64,000 nt of DNA from Chrysomallon squamiferum (lineage: Eukaryota > Animalia > Mollusca): positions 868,001 through 932,000 of the forward strand of contig CM022668.1 of assembly GCA_012295275.1 (NCBI GenBank), read 5' to 3'. The position numbers were made by a program, and so were the translations under genes. The notes below the pieces were generated by a model, which saw only the letters and a list, made by a program, of their open reading frames with translations, was not told where the DNA came from and ran no database searches. How positions within the stretch are numbered: the stretch's first letter is position 1; each line of letters starts with the position of its first letter. This document shows, in pieces, positions 29,401-41,650 of the stretch.

Positions 29401-32109
29401 AAAAGATGTTTAAAAAGAAAAAAAAAGAAAGAAAAAAAAGACTAAAACCACATTCTTCAGTAGTGAATAGCATGTTAATATTTTCATTTCATGATCTTTC
29501 TTTAACTATATGTTTCTCTTAAAAGTCACGTGCAGGTATGATGTCTTCAGTGGATGTTCTGAAAGTAGTGAAAGCATTTACTAATGAAGACAACTTCACA
29601 GTGTGGACTGACCTGTCACAGAATCTCTCTGGAATGGCTTTGCTGCTGCAGTACACTGATGCCTATGACAACTATAAAAAATTTGCAAAGAATCTGTTTC
29701 AAACAATTGCTAAAACAGTTGGTTGGGATGCAAAGAATGATGAAGGTTAATACAATTTACTTTTAAATATTTTTTTTAAGGTTTTCTTCACTTAATTTTG
29801 CTGTAGAAGGAATGGATTTAATTTAATTAATTTTTTTCTTTTTTATATAATTATAAAGAATTCTTTTCTTTGAATGAAAGTATTTTCTAAACATTTGAAA
29901 GTAATTTAAAATAAATTAGGATCAGCAAATAATGGACAGAGAGTTGCTTCTTTTTTTAAATTAAATCAGTTCTTTTCAATAAATATGGGATACATGTATA
30001 TTGTATATTAAAAGGTCATCTGGTTGCTATGCTCCGAGGTCTTGTTTTAACCAAAATGGGTCGTTATGGTGATGAAGAAACTGTTGCTGAAGCAAGAAAG
30101 AGGTTCGAGGACCATGTCAGTGGAAAGAAGATTCTACCTGCTGATCTTAGGGGACCAGTGAGTACTCTGTTTTATTATTCACTGATTTATTATTTTATTT
30201 TAAAATATCTAATGTACTATGGTAATACATTTCTTGTCAGCTCTCAAAGGTAGAGAAAAATAATTTGTATGTTGATAAATATTGGTTTAATCCAGCATAT
30301 TATAGTTATTACAAACACTGAAATGTAAACCTTACAATTAATATAGAAAATATGTAGTTTTGTCATTTATGTTTCTGTTTTTTTAATTTTTATTACTAAC
30401 TTGTTTATCCTAGGTTTACACAACAGTGTTGACACATGGTGGTGAATCAGATTTCAATAAAATGCTGGAGGTAAGAGAATCAAGACTCATACAAGTGTAA
30501 CTGAATTTAGCAAGTACAGTGTTAAAAATATCTGTAAATACTTTTATTAAGTTCATTATGTGATGATTTTAAATAACATTAAAATTTGTTGATAATAACA
30601 ATAAAGAAATAAAACAATAAATAATAATAATAAACAAATAAATAACATAATGTAATTTTAGAAAACTCTTTGTTCTATTACTGAAAATCTATTTAGTTTT
30701 ATAAATGTGCCATATGTGTTTCTGATATAAATAAGAATTATTTTTAAAGCTTTATGACAAAGCTGACATGATGGAGGAAAAGGACAGAATTGGAAGATCT
30801 CTGGGAGCAGTAGACAAGGAAGACTTAATTCAGAAAGTGCTAGAATTTGCCCTGTCGGTAAGACAAATAAAAGATTTTGGTTTTAGTGGTTGAAGTGTCT
30901 TCAAGAATGATTGTCTTGACAGGTTTCTGTGGACTCATTGCTGTAATTACTGACTGGCACCATCCACTTTGAGGTACAATCTGTAACACTATTACAACAA
31001 CAAAATAGAGGCACTTCTGCTTTGCAATCAGAATGTAAAAAATGAAAACACCAAACCAGTATAAAAATTAATGGCTATTTAATCTAATTGTAAAGTGATG
31101 AAAAGAAATAATCCTTGTCATAGATTTTAATTTCATGAAAATAATTTGCAAGATATTGCATCAGATGGTGAGCACTACAGATAAATTTGTTTTGCTTTTT
31201 ATTCAGCTGGTTCACAAAGTATTTTCCTCATTTCTAGTGGAAGCTGCCATTCATTTAATCATGATTTCAGATATCAAAAATTCTGTTTCCCTTATAAAAT
31301 ATCAGTATGAGTTTAGATTAAAACATCTTGGTTAATTATTTATTTTTCAGGACAAAGTTCGATTCCAGGATACTGTATTTGTTTTGTGTTCTGCTGGAGG
31401 ATCTGTCAAGGGAAGACAACTGATCTGGAAGTTTCTAAAAGAGAATTGGTCGGTCTTTCATGATCGATACAAGGGTGGATTTCTTCTGTCTCGTCTTGTA
31501 AAGGTCATTTTCAAACTTTCTATATTTATCTAAAGCAGTTTTGAAATAATTTCATTAACATATATTTTTGTATGCATAGGCACTCATACACACAAAATCT
31601 GCATATAATTGTAAAGTATAACAGTAATTTAAAATATAGAAATATCTTACATAAAATTATTTTATCTTTCTGAAAACTAAATGTGAAATTTTATTTTCAC
31701 TTTAATGTTTTATTTCAGTCCTCAACTGAGAACTTTGTGACTGAAGAACTAGCACATGAAGTGGAGGTATGCAGTTTAATGGGTTTTTTTTTTTTTAAAT
31801 TTATATTTCAAAAGACAGATTTCTGTTTAGGGTACAGTTATTCATTGTTAATTTTTGAGTTTGGAATAAATTTTTGTTTAATTTTTTTTATAAAGAACAT
31901 TGATTGGAAAGACAAATAATAGAGATTATCTGCAATAAAAAGAAATACTGTTCCATGTTTAAATTTATTTGTTTTTTTAGAAATTCTTTGCTGATCATCC
32001 AGCCCCAGCAGCTGAACGAACAGTTCAACAGTCTTGTGAAAACATTCGTCTGAACGCACGATGGATGGAACGTGAAGCAGCCAGTGTTAAAGAATTCTTG
32101 AAAAATTAA
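20408..32109 (+). CDS. NPEPPS: Puromycin-sensitive aminopeptidase (M1 zinc metallopeptidase), complete, about 866 aa
   Basis: 21 GT-AG exons: 20408-20530, 21405-21480, 21921-22006, 22481-22606, 23511-23618, 24253-24450, 25246-25342, 25595-25743, 26017-26181, 26321-26425, 27500-27655, 28007-28088, 28437-28573, 28821-28955, 29526-29745, 30015-30157, 30414-30470, 30750-30857, 31351-31503, 31719-31766, 31981-32109; sum 2601 nt, in frame. Starts [11 protein letters not shown]. Contains [26 protein letters not shown], the HELAHQW...LWLNEGFA zinc motif and the C-terminal [18 protein letters not shown]. Confidence 0.97.
20610..21199. mobile_element. 590-bp non-autonomous DNA transposon (MITE) in NPEPPS intron 1, with bipartite TIRs and a 4-bp TAAT target-site duplication
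   Basis: Left end gggtcattccgtgtcaaatcacccaa...tttaaacccgaccgtctcagattttta; right end taaaaatctgagacggtcgggtttaaa..ttgggtgatttgacatggaatgaccc. TAAT flanks at 20606-20609 and 21200-21203. GGG termini with a 4-bp TSD suggest Sola2-like (inference). Confidence 0.9.
26396..26693 (+). repeat. Recent tandem duplication of the NPEPPS exon 10 3' end, its donor and the start of intron 10
   Basis: The ~120-bp unit agaatgctctatgactttattggtgataag|gtatgtg...tttaacaggaa occurs at 26396-26515 and again from 26572, separated by an internally deleted 56-bp unit. Confidence 0.95.
30889..31079 (-). pseudogene. Inverted, degenerate copy of the NPEPPS intron 12 end plus the first ~94 nt of exon 13, lying in intron 18
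   Basis: Its reverse complement matches 28341-28530 (e.g. gttacagattgtacctcaaagtggatggtgccagtcagt; aaacctgtcaagacaatcattcttgaagacacttcaac). The exonic part carries a 2-nt deletion and a few substitutions. Confidence 0.93.
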
Positions 32110-33043
32110 ACTGTTATTGTTCTGGTTAATTCAGTGATTTGATTACCACAGTGAAGTGTACTTTGCTTTAATTTTTAAATTTGTTCTTTTATTGAGCAGC
32201 ATTTTCCAGTTTCATCAAAGTTGGTCACATTTCTTTAAAGAATTAAAATTATTTTTCAATCAAGATTTGTTATAGTACAATGATGAGGTGTGACAGATCA
32301 CAGTCCTTCTCAATGATATCATTAGATATTGTTTTTAAAAATTATATGCAATTTTACAGTTTGAAGATGTAGTTTTATCACTTGAAGGAAAGAAGAAATG
32401 TTTTGTTTTGTTGGGGTTTTTCAATTTTTTTTTTTCTCAACTGAGCATTTTAATAATAAGAACTCCAGCTCACACAAAATACTCTTCTTTTTCCACAGCA
32501 TCAGATTTATTTATATGCACCACATACAGACAGGAAACATTTTTGTTAAACCACCTTGTAATTTGGAAATAATGATCTGGGGTCATCAAGGTACATTAAG
32601 TTCTCCATCAACCATGCTTTTTATTTTATAACACTTTGGTAAAACAGAACAAAAAATCTTTTAAATTTTATTTTTCAAAAGTTACTCAAACATTCTTAAT
32701 CACAAATGCACACTGTTTTAATTAAAAACAAAAGTCAAAACTTTTAAAATAATGCAGAACTTCTTATATGTTTGCATCCTTGGACAAAAAAACCCCAATA
32801 AAAATACATGACACGCCCATCTGTATATATTTTCAAATTTCACATTAGTTAAATATAACAGAATTGTTAAAAACAGATGCATATATTATTTCATCAAATA
32901 GAAACTGCCATTTGAAATAAAAAACTGTCAAAAGAAACACCTGAAACATGGTTAAGAAAATGCAAAACCAACAATGCAGTAATAAGTAACAAGTGTGTTA
33001 AAAAACTATATCCTGAATTTATATATTTTATTTTTATAACTGG

Positions 33044-36000
33044 TCAAATGCCACTGATGCTAGCTAAACGTGCTTTGTATTCTGATAAGAACTGAGCCTC
33101 CTCCTTCAATGTCAAGTCTAGGTAATCTTCTTCATCATGTGACAAATCAGACATCAAGTTTCTGATAGCAGCTTTCTCTTTCTCATGATTTTCATTAGAC
33201 TTCAATGAAGATGATGATCCACCTGAAATAATAGAACTTTGAAGGTCATATCTATTTTGATTTGTAAGAAAATACTTTGTTTATGTCAAAGACAAAGACA
33301 GAATGTGAAAGTTTAGTCAGCATTGTTAGATCCATACTTCAAATAAACCTAATTTAATGGTGCCAATTAAAAGTAAATACAATTTGAATGTTTTTACAGT
33401 ATGTTTAACTGGCAGAAAACAAGTTATTCACTGATGTGAAGAGGTAAGGGACAAGTGGCTGTCTAAAAATGATTATTAGTACACACAATGATATTTGGTT
33501 TATTGGCACATCAAAGTATGCAAAAATATTAGTTACTAAATAATCAACACATCATCCGAATAACACTGCTATTCTTCAGAATGTCTAGATTATAAATAAC
33601 TATTAGTCCCTTGCTTCCTTAATGATAGGCTGTAAGTAACTGTATTGTATAACCAATCTAACCTTTTTCACAGTAGCCAATAAAGGGCAAGGAGTAGTTT
33701 TTTCCAGAATTATTTTAAAACAGAACACAGTTACAGTAAATGTTTTCAGTTGTTTACAATACATTAGAAAATCATTATAGGTATTTTAAAAAATGTAGTA
33801 ATTACTTCCCATATTTTCTGTCCATATTATGTTAGTGTTCTGATTTTTATTTTGAAATTTTAAGAGAAAAAATGACTTAATAGTCAATAAAACATTAGAA
33901 AACATGAATTTCCTGGCTGCAAATTTACAATGAAGTGACTATCTATTTCAAAGGTCTTTATTTATGTCTTTGTCTATGACATGCCTTTTAGTTTATGTGG
34001 TTTGTACCATTGTAAACATCCTAATAGTCAGCCCTGTTCATGCTGATTTGTTGTCGTGTAAAGCAAATGCAATTGTAACAGTATTAATAATCTATTCAGA
34101 ATATACTTCTCTATTTAAACTTAATCAACATGAAAAAGTAAATAAATGCCATGTGAAGTTATAATTTTTTGAACTTCCATGTTGGGCATTTATTATCATG
34201 CCAACAGACAGACACAAATACATCATCAGATATATAAATTAAATAATGTAGAACATCTTTCTCTTTGTCATCCGTCAGATAGGTATCACTGTCTGATCCA
34301 GACTAAATATTCTCACTCTCACACAAACTAGGAATTGCATAACTAAAAAATGAAATAAGAAAATAGGAAATGTTTTATACTTTCTGAATCTGAAGATGCT
34401 GATGTCTCGGAACTACTTGAAAGCAAAGCTCCACCACATTTCAGCAGTGTATCAGCTGCTTGTTGAACACTGCCATTACACTGCAACAAAGCTTTTCTAG
34501 CCATTGCTTCATCAAATCCCATGAACACTAACTAGAACATTTTTATTAAAAATAAAAATATTAACATTTCATTCATGATGAATTTTAACAATAAAACAAT
34601 ACACTATTTCTGCAAGAATCATCATTAACATTTTATGGCTGTATACTTTTATTAATTATTCTAAATAATTATATGAAATGTACATATAATATCAGTGCCT
34701 ATATTTTATAAATTACTGACAGGAAGATATTTTAATTCAGATTACCAAAAGCTTTTTTCTTCAATAACTTTTAAAGATTAATGGTTCCATAACAAATTTA
34801 GCTTGCATAAATATAATCAAAGTTAAATTTGATGCAAGATATTTGAAAAGTCATCACGTCAGCTGATATTTAAACATCACAGAGCATACAATGGAGAATA
34901 TAGCAGAAAGAAATATATTTTCAAACCTGCAGTATCATGTCATCAGTGAAGACAACAGGGCTGCTGTCATCATGCACATTCAGTAGATGTGGATGTCTAT
35001 GAAGCACCTACAACAGACATCTCATCAAATAAATAATCTAGGACTTTTTCTGGTTTATCATTTTTGAACATAACTGAAGTTCATTTTGTTAGAAATTGTT
35101 AAAAATGTCAACTATACAGGCAAAAAAACTCAAAAATATATTGATAATTTTAAACTTTGAAAATATAAACCAATAATATGAAATTAACAGAATAAATGAG
35201 AAACATAACTAAAATACACAGAATTACAAATTAAAGTTTTGTTAAATATTACAAAGGGCAAAGGCAAAATGAAGAATTTCACAGTACTGTTCAGCCAGTG
35301 ATTGTTGGTTACCTCTAGTGCTTGGTTGATGTCATTGTTTGTTTGCTTCAAGGCTTCTGTGACAGCTTTCTTGTGAAAACCCATACTGACAAGAGCACTG
35401 TGGTGGTTAACATTCACCCTGAAATATATGTTAATTTACTACTAGACTAAAGTTACTTACTAAATATAAATCCTTATAAATAGTCCTTGTATAGACAGAT
35501 TCATCTTCCTAATATTATAATACAAATCTATATAAAATATAACCAAATAAATAAATAAATAAATTATAAAAACAATTATTAGTTTATTTGTATTGTTTTT
35601 CCTAGTTCATAGCAATAAAGACATCTGTTTATAACTGAATTAATTTGAACTTTTTATTAAGTTTTTCTTTCATAGTCATAAACTTTGTTTTGGGCCATTG
35701 GTACATAACACCACACACATACAGACATGCACTCTGATTTAGTTATTCCAGATAAAACAGGGTCACAGAATTCAGCTGATGCTTGAATTATATCAGATAT
35801 ATGTTGCTTAGGAAACAATCAGTTCCAGGGTGAGTCCTCTATACTATACCTAATCACTAATTTACATTCAAGCCAATTCCTGTGACTAGCTTATCGATAA
35901 AGGTGGTATGTGCTTCCCTTTAATGGGTTGAGGAAAGAAATAACACATTATAAGTAGTTCAAGAAACAGCAATAGGATTTTTCTCTCCCCTATTATTACT

Positions 36001-36909
36001 GATAAAACTGTACAAATGTTAGTTTTTAGAAGGACAACCATTTTTTACATGCTATTAAACTTTCTTTACATATTAAAATCTTGTATAACAAACCTACCAG
36101 TTTCCATTGGCAGTTTTGCCCAGTTTTCTTGACTGTTGTTTTATTTCTCTTTCTGTGTCATTCTTTTTTTTTATTTCTTCTTTTTCCTGGAATATCAATA
36201 AACCATTACCTATTTATAACAGCTATTAAAATTGTTATTAATATTATACTAATTATTATTATTTTTAATTTGTTGCATAAATGAAGAATACTTAACAAAA
36301 AAATACAACTACAGGTCCATAAAGTACTGCTTAGACATAGCAGTATAAAGTTTTTAATAAATTTCAATATGCTAAACTTCAATTAACAAATAATTATTAG
36401 ATTCATTAATTTTTTTACTGTATTTTTAAGTTTTAGGAAGTTAATCCTTATCTTCATAAAACATCTTCAGTAGATGACAAAAATTTATATCCAAAATATT
36501 GTAATGCAAGTACTAAATGCTGAAAAAGTTAACTTTATGTTTTGTTTTTTATGTTCAGAAAAGAATGTTTCATTTGAACCAAAATATTTATAAGCAAAAG
36601 TTGTAAAAGAAACCCCTAATAATAGTATGCATTATAGCCAATTTATTTTAAAGTAGATGCATAAAACAAAATTTTTGATTCACTGACTCATTCACCAATT
36701 CATTATGTCAATATAAAGCTTCAATCAAATTTGTTAAGAGAAAGGAATTAATCCACAAATCTATAAAGATTATTTATTTTTTTTACCTTCCTTCTGTTCA
36801 ATATATGTTGGACAGCCTGCTCTACATTATTCCTACATGCTCTCAGACCAAGTCTGGCTTCACTCTCCAAAAATCCCATATTCAAAACTGATTAAAAAAA
36901 GAAGAAAAG

Positions 36910-36949
<40 letters not shown>

Positions 36950-39900
36950 AGACACCAATTAAATTCTATTTTTAAAAATAATGATTTGGTTTAAAAATCT
37001 TTTAAATTGTCCATGTTATAATAAAAATGTGAAAAATTAATACTTTTACCTTGCAAAATTTTATCCTCATCCACTTGAAGATTTTTAAATTCATCTTCAG
37101 CCTACAAAAAGCATTAAATAATTACGTTTAATTACGTATGATAATACTAGACATATTGTTGTACTTCTTATCTTTCTACAGTAATAGATGTCAGCCACAA
37201 ATGTTAAAACATTTTCTCTGAAGATTTTGATAAATTAAAATGAACAACTCAAAATACATATACTGTCTATTTTTTATTAAACTTAAAAAGAATATGACTA
37301 CAGAAAAAATACAATTATTAATCTAATCAGACCAAAATAGCAAAACAATGATGTAATTAAAACAAATGTATTAACAAACATTTTAATTTTTTCATGTAAT
37401 TTATGTTCCAATAAAAACAATATCAAACTGCAATCTGGTACTTTGTTAAGAAGCTGGATAGCATCATTTATTCTGTGCTGGTGAAAGGCAACAATTCCTT
37501 GCAAGAGATGTAGTCTCATGAACAGTGCTTGAGCTTGCTCACTACCAGAACCTCCCTTAAATAGAATAGTTTTAGTGTTATCAGTATTTGATACATCATG
37601 CATAATATCTAATATCTGGCCAATCTTACTGTTATTATAGTAGTCTTCCAAAGAAATGACTGTCATATTTTACAAATAAAATTAAAAATCTAAATAATTA
37701 AAAATAAATATATGTTATGTAAATATATAATGTATGATTATTTTATTTTTAATAATTAAATAAATAAATGAAAAACAAAACAAAACAAAACAAAAAACAA
37801 TTCAACTTTAAAAGAAATATTTTTCAGTACCTGCAATCAATGAAAGTATTATACAGAATGAGCTGACATTTTTACCTTTACAGCTGTTAAACGTTCGTTA
37901 TTAGCACCGTAACTCTGGATGAAACACTCTTCACTGGTTTGCAGCCTTCGTTCTACAAGATAATTAAAAACATTAAAATAATAATAATAATATGAAAAAC
38001 TGAAGGCATTAATATATTTACCTGATATTAAACTAATGAAAACATCAAGTAAATTCAGTTCAACTTAAATACATATTTCTTTATTGTAAATCCAAAACTT
38101 TTCAAGTGAGCATTTCAAGGGAGAAAAATCACTTAATATTCTTCAACACAAAGTGTTTACAATGCAATAAAAAAAAAAAAAGTACAAATATACAAAATGT
38201 ATTTTGCTATCAATGTGTATGACTGTTATAAGCATGCCTGCATCAGGAAGTTCAGAAACATTTTCAAGACAGAGATAGCACCAGACAATATCCAAACACA
38301 GAACAGCATAATTGTCAACAGCTTTTAACAGATCTGTCCTGCATTTACTGCAATAAAAAAATGAATGCTTTGGGTTTTTTATAATTCATTTATATATTTA
38401 ATTAAATTTCATTAATGATTTCTGACAATTAAATTGATATTTATTGAATTTAACTAAAATTAAACTAGGTAATCTTTAATACTAAGTTTAAAGAAGAACT
38501 GTTTTTCTTATAATATTAAATAATAAAAAACAAAATAAAACAATCACAGAACAAGCAGATCAAACAGAAAATTAGTGTTCAAAAAATTTAAAATTTAGCC
38601 AAATTATTTCTTCAAAAAACTGTTTTTAACCATCATGTATGAATTGAATAGCTAAAAATGAATGATCAGAATAATACCTAAATTCTTTGTCAGCTTCCAG
38701 AAGAAGTAGCAATGCCCGAGATATCTCCTTTTTCTTCAGGGCTGCTCTTCCCTTTTCATGTAAAGTCATTGCCAGTGTCAAAGCCTGTTATAAAAATAAG
38801 TAATAATAATCATCCAAATATTACTACAGAGCAGTCTTTAAAGTACATTTTTTAATTATTTATATTATCTAAAATGACATGAAAACAGGTCTGTAAAAAA
38901 TATCAGTATGTTATAGAATCATTATTACTTTTTATTTTAATATGCTTTAATTGATAATATGAATAAATTGTTCAGCTTGTGTTTACAAAACAGAAATGAA
39001 ACTTTTTACTGAGTTTTGTTAACAGAAAGGTAGTTAACTGAATACATCATTGTATCAAATAAATTTTAAATATTTTTAAATATTACTTCTGATCATGTTA
39101 GATACCTTTCTTTCTTCAGTGGGAAGACTAAGTGGGCGACCTGACTGGTCAGCAATGTGAACTTCAAAGTATTCATCATCTTTAAAACAAATGTTAAAAA
39201 CAAAATTAATGATAATTACAATAGCATTAGAAGAAAACATCTACTGATTTAAAAAGTGCACTAATTACCTGAGTCTATTTTTGAGGATAATAATTCTGCT
39301 GCTGCTCTAGTTTGGGCCACTTGTTGCATTTCATCTTCTTCTCTCTGAGCTTCGGCTTCTGAATGAGTTAACCGTACAGCCATTATCTGGGCACCATTCT
39401 AAATTAATAAAGTCTATCTGAAACTTTTTTATTATATTAAAAATAAATCTGTCATAAAACAACAACAACCAATAACTTTTGTTAATCAGCTCAGATTACG
39501 TAGATTCAGATTATTTACTTGAAATAGTTATTTATGATTAGAAGAAAATATACACAATCAACAAAGCTTTTCTTGAAACATATCAGTTAACACCTTATTT
39601 AGAAATCTTTTTAAAAGTAATTATTCTTCATTTAAAAGTTATTGCAATTCTTTCTGGGAAAATAGAAAACCTGTCTTCATGAAAAACAATAATTAATGAA
39701 TAATTTATTGAAGTTTCAGTTCTTTCTCAGCTCTACCTGTATTCCTTGGCTTTTTAGTGGCGTGTTGTGGATGATCCGACCTCCACTGATGAGTTTAATC
39801 TGATCACTGGGTGACCCACAATTTTCTGAAACAAGGGAACGAAGATCTGATCCAGTTTTATCCAAACTGATTTCAATGGAAAACACTTTCTTTGACACTT

Positions 39901-40724
39901 GCTTAAAAAAAGAAAGAAATGTTTCAAATTTACACAAAGAATAATAGACAATCAAATTTCTAATTTAACTGCCTTTTACTCTTTTTCTTTCCACTGGTAA
40001 GTGAGGTAATGATAACTGACAGCTTCATATTAAATATTTATATTTTTTCTAATTTCACAAATCAGCTTTTATTTTATTTTACTTTTTCACATTAAAAAAA
40101 TCATACATATTTTAATACATATTAAAAAAAGTTAAAACCCCATAATTATTCTTTTTTTTAAATCAAATGTGAAGCTTATTTTATTTGTAGCAAAACATAT
40201 ACAAACATTATTACCTTTTCTGAATGACCTGCCAATTTAATTTTCAGGGTGGCAATTCCAACATTTTCAAACTTTTTTCGTTCTGCTAGTTTCTGAAGAG
40301 CATGCAGTCGAAGGGTTTCTAAAATTTCCTCAATCTCATTTTCAGGTAGAGACAGGTCTTTTGCATATCTTGCTATTAATTCCTACAATAAAAAAAATAT
40401 TGCTTGCTTTGGTCTATGTTTATTTTGAAATGAAGTATTATACTTTCTGCACTGTAAAAAAAAAAAACATTAATACTTTCTACAAAAAAGATGTTTAGAA
40501 AAATTAAACAAACTGTCAGGCTTACTGTTAAAAAATTATGCATTTTAAAAAATACTTTAATAATTTATTTTCTTCAATAACAAAAAAAAAAAAATACATA
40601 CAGAAGGGATGCAACCTTTAACACCTGTTTCTGTAGTGTAGGGTGGTTGCCAGAGTTTGATCTTTTCTACATTTAGCTTAACGCGAACAAGAGTTTGATG
40701 ATGCTCCTTGCTATAATCATCCAT
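33044..40724 (-). CDS. NUB1: NEDD8 ultimate buster 1 (UBL domain plus three UBA domains), complete, about 608 aa
   Basis: 16 exons: 40724-40602, 40382-40215, 39901-39737, 39398-39269, 39179-39106, 38784-38678, 38347-38238 (GC donor), 37952-37876, 37555-37442, 37101-37050, 36887-36787, 36186-36098, 35418-35313, 35007-34927, 34531-34381, 33222-33044; sum 1827 nt, in frame. Motifs: [67 protein letters not shown], three MGF UBA motifs, C-terminal [12 protein letters not shown]. Confidence 0.95.
36912..36944. repeat. (TA)n microsatellite
   Basis: Direct reading. Confidence 0.9.
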
Positions 40725-40982
40725 ATCTTCTTTCAGTTTTAAGTTACCTGCAAAAATATTTCAAATATTCAGTTTCATTAAAATTAGTTAATATTCATGA
40801 TTATTATATATAATTCAACCTTTAACAACTCTGTGCTTACAGATGTCAAATCCGATGTTTTTAATCAGTTGATGTGAATTATATAATGCTTTCACTCAAA
40901 TCATACTATTACAAGAAATAATAAAATATGAATTTACGACAGTTTTAAACAAACGAGACTTATCAATTATCATGATTAATAC

Positions 40983-41650
40983 CGTGACATATCAATGAAC
41001 CGAAACAAATCACGGAAAATAAATGGCACCATTTTGTTCGTACAAAAAATATAATTTAATTAAATGGCAACACTGTCAAACATGATATTTGATATCAAAC
41101 CTCTATGATGTTGCACAACTGACAATTGGTCTATTCACGAAACAGGAAGTAACTATGTGTATTTATTAAAAAAAAAAAAAAAAAAAAAAATCAGTGTGAA
41201 GTTGTAATTCCTGTCCGAAATAAAATGCCATATTCATCCATGCAAATAAAACAGAAAACAACTTATTTATTTATTTATTTATTTATTATTATTAGCAGTG
41301 GTAGTAATAGTAGTAGTAGTAGTATTGTTGCTGTTGTTGATGTTATTTATATTTTAGAAAGTACGTACAGGCAATGTTTAGATACTATTTATTTTATTTT
41401 ATATTAAACTGACGGTAAAAAGAATGAAATTATTATTACGTTGGTGTCTTAAAGTATGAAACTGTTAAAAAAAAAAAAAATTACGTTTATTATTCATAAG
41501 CATATAAACAAAATGCATCCGGTATAACTAATTGAACGTAGGAACAAACAATCGCAGAGACAAACCGAAAAGTAACGATCTTTACCGAAAATAAATTGTG
41601 TGTCAAGTGTCGCGACCTACAGCAGAAGGTGAATAAATCGAATTATAGGT
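40983..41650. promoter_or_regulatory. CpG-retaining divergent promoter: probable NUB1 non-coding exon 1 (donor near 40983, -) and probable first exon of a plus-strand transcript (donor TAG|GTATGT at 41648)
   Basis: CG clusters at 40930-41220 and 41510-41640, outward-facing donors, an ETS-like CAGGAAGT near 41143 and two AAATGGC (YY1-like) motifs. The NUB1 ATG exon has an upstream acceptor at 40748. Confidence 0.55.

Noticed and set aside
35700-35925. GC-richer intronic patch in NUB1 ending ccctttaa, considered as a snoRNA or a TTAA-target transposon end
   Set aside because: No matching opposite terminus and no properly spaced C/D or H/ACA boxes found by eye.
36161-36175. Possible homopolymer frameshift in the NUB1 exon 36186-36098
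   Set aside because: Counting the 9-nt run shows the frame is intact ([12 protein letters not shown]).
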